From Dehalococcoidia bacterium (lineage in GTDB: Bacteria > Chloroflexota > Dehalococcoidia > Lucifugimonadales > QGNO01): a stretch of 64,000 nucleotides of DNA. The translations under genes were made by a program, and so were the position numbers. Below the pieces are notes generated by a model, which was given only the letters and a program-made list of their open reading frames with translations, ran no database searches and had not been told where the DNA came from. The stretch is from the NCBI GenBank assembly GCA_963667055.2, contig OY762956.1:208023-272022 (forward strand). The letters are read 5' to 3'. This document shows, in pieces, positions 62,601-64,000 of the stretch; within the stretch, counting starts at the first letter, position 1, and each line of letters opens with the position of its first letter.

Positions 62601-64000
62601 TTATCCAAACCGTGCCGCCACCATGGGATTGAGAGTGGAGGAGAACACGTCCGTAACCAGAGCGGGGTAAATGCCCACCAGAATAATCGACGCCACCAGC
62701 AGCACCACGGGGATCGCCTCGACCAGGCTGGCGTCGCCGACTTCGGAGAAGCGGGGCTTCTCCGGCCCGAACATCACGCGCTGGATCATCCATAGGATGT
62801 ATCCGGCGGTTAGAACAATGCTGAACACGGCTATCGCCGTGGGCCATGACCACACTTCGAACGCGCCGAGGAATACAAGCACTTCCGACACAAACCCGCT
62901 GAGGCTGGGCAAGCCCAGCGAGGCCAGACCGGCCACTATCATCGCGGTAGCCAGGAACGGCATCCGCGACGCCAGCCCGCCCATGTCCGGGATGTAGCGA
63001 GTGTGAGCCTTTTCGTATACCTGTCCCACCAGCAGGAACAGAAGGCCGGTTATGGTTCCGTGGGTGAACATCTGCATGGCCGCGCCGTTCAGCCCTACCG
63101 CGCTGACCTGGCCCGCCGCGCCCAGAGAGGCTATCCCCAGCAGCACCAGCCCCATGTGGCTGACGCTGCTGTATGCAATCAACCGTTTGAGGTCGCTCTG
63201 GCGTATGGTCACCATTGCCCCGTACATTATGCTGACCACCGCGAGCGTCACTATGAGCCATGAATAGTCGCTGGTTATGCCGGGGAACATGGCCGTGTTG
63301 ATGCGTATCAAGCCGTAGCCGCCCATCTTGATGAGGACACCGGCAAGCATGACGCTGCCCGCCGTGGGCGCGTCGGTGTGCGCGTCGGGCAGCCATGTGT
63401 GCACGGGCCATACCGGCAGCTTTATGGCAAACGCCACAAAGAAGAGCAGGAAGACCATCTGTGCGGGGATGAGCAGGTCGGTCAGATTGCGGTTGCCCAG
63501 TTCTGTCATGTCGAAGGTGCCCGTCGAGAAGTAGAGCACCAGAATCCCGATCAGCATCAGCGCCGACCCTGCGATGGTGAAGATGAGGAACTTCATGGCC
63601 GAGTACTCTTTTCGGCCCGTGCCCCAAATGGAGATGAGGAAGTACATAGGGATCAGTTCCAGTTCCCAGAAGATGAAGAACAGGACAAAGTCCAACGACG
63701 TGAAGACGCCCATCACGGCGGTCTGCAACACCAGGAGCCAGAAGAAGTGCTCTTTTACCCTATCGTTAACCTTCCAGGACGCGAACACGGCGCACAGCCC
63801 CAGCAGTCCGGTCAGGAACACCAGCGGCGCGCTCAAGCCGTCCACTCCCAGGAAGTACTGGACGTTCAGCGACTCTATCCAAGTGACCTTTTCGACCAGA
63901 TGGAGGGCGTCGCCCCCGTCCCGGTACACGATGTAAAACACCACGGACGTCAGAGCCAGTTCAACGACGGTTACGCCGACGGCAACCAGACGGACGGCTC
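62601..64000 (-). CDS. nuoM: NADH-quinone oxidoreductase subunit M (5' end beyond window)
   Basis: 'FAIKLPVWPVHTWLPDAHTDAPTAGSVMLAGVLIKMGGYG'. The reading frame stays open to position 64000, so the gene is partial. Confidence 0.9.
   Translation of the reverse strand, partial: AVRLVAVGVTVVELALTSVVFYIVYRDGGDALHLVEKVTWIESLNVQYFLGVDGLSAPLVFLTGLLGLCAVFASWKVNDRVKEHFFWLLVLQTAVMGVFTSLDFVLFFIFWELELIPMYFLISIWGTGRKEYSAMKFLIFTIAGSALMLIGILVLYFSTGTFDMTELGNRNLTDLLIPAQMVFLLFFVAFAIKLPVWPVHTWLPDAHTDAPTAGSVMLAGVLIKMGGYGLIRINTAMFPGITSDYSWLIVTLAVVSIMYGAMVTIRQSDLKRLIAYSSVSHMGLVLLGIASLGAAGQVSAVGLNGAAMQMFTHGTITGLLFLLVGQVYEKAHTRYIPDMGGLASRMPFLATAMIVAGLASLGLPSLSGFVSEVLVFLGAFEVWSWPTAIAVFSIVLTAGYILWMIQRVMFGPEKPRFSEVGDASLVEAIPVVLLVASIILVGIYPALVTDVFSSTLNPMVAARFG

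Overview
High-GC bacterial chromosomal segment, mostly metabolic. Several features suggest a Chloroflexota- or Actinomycetota-like organism: a T-box leader, Pro/Thr-linker lipoproteins, the SCO1664/DUF3090 pair and many CaiB-type CoA-transferases. I cannot verify the taxon without a database search.

Gene content from left to right:
- a retropepsin-like protease and an alpha/beta hydrolase
- a minus-strand operon of a family-5 ABC substrate-binding lipoprotein, two permeases and two tandem amidase paralogs, with no ATPase gene
- a LuxR-type regulator with a degenerate receiver domain
- a CoA-thioester catabolic cluster: crotonase, two family-III CoA-transferases, two ~450-aa double-hotdog (MaoC-like) hydratase paralogs, an acyl-CoA dehydrogenase, a CoxG-like protein and an SDR
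- the SCO1664-family/DUF3090 pair
- two divergently arranged DUF104-antitoxin/PIN (VapC) modules
- a third hydratase paralog, a lipoate-ligase-family protein and an AGXT-type aminotransferase
- a visibly AT-richer island of orphan genes at about 25.05-28.65 kb
- an SDR, an LLM oxidoreductase, glcDEF and a URO-D-family protein
- a small accessory patch: PaREP1-like protein, methyltransferase, DUF433 and DUF3800
- katG
- a decayed zone holding a cupin 5' remnant, a lipoprotein and a hydratase pseudogene
- an NCS2-like permease divergent from a lipoprotein with four tandem Cache-like modules
- cupin, peroxiredoxin and an ECF sigma/anti-sigma pair
- threonine dehydratase
- a T-box leader followed by cimA
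- an acyl-CoA carboxyltransferase, an IDH-family protein, mdh and a class-III aminotransferase
- NUDIX, nadK, nuoN and nuoM (partial)

Intergenic regions carry several families of REP/MITE-like hairpin repeats. No rRNA, tRNA, CRISPR array, transposase or integrase was recognised.

The most unusual items:
- the AT-rich orphan island, which includes an R-x4-H (HEPN-like) protein
- the inverted vapBC duplication with a 76-bp perfect inverted repeat
- a 40-bp perfect direct repeat bracketing a REP element between two convergent genes
- the four-Cache lipoprotein
- the solo PaREP1-like, DUF433 and DUF3800 genes

All functional calls come from motif recognition by eye. None has been checked against a database.
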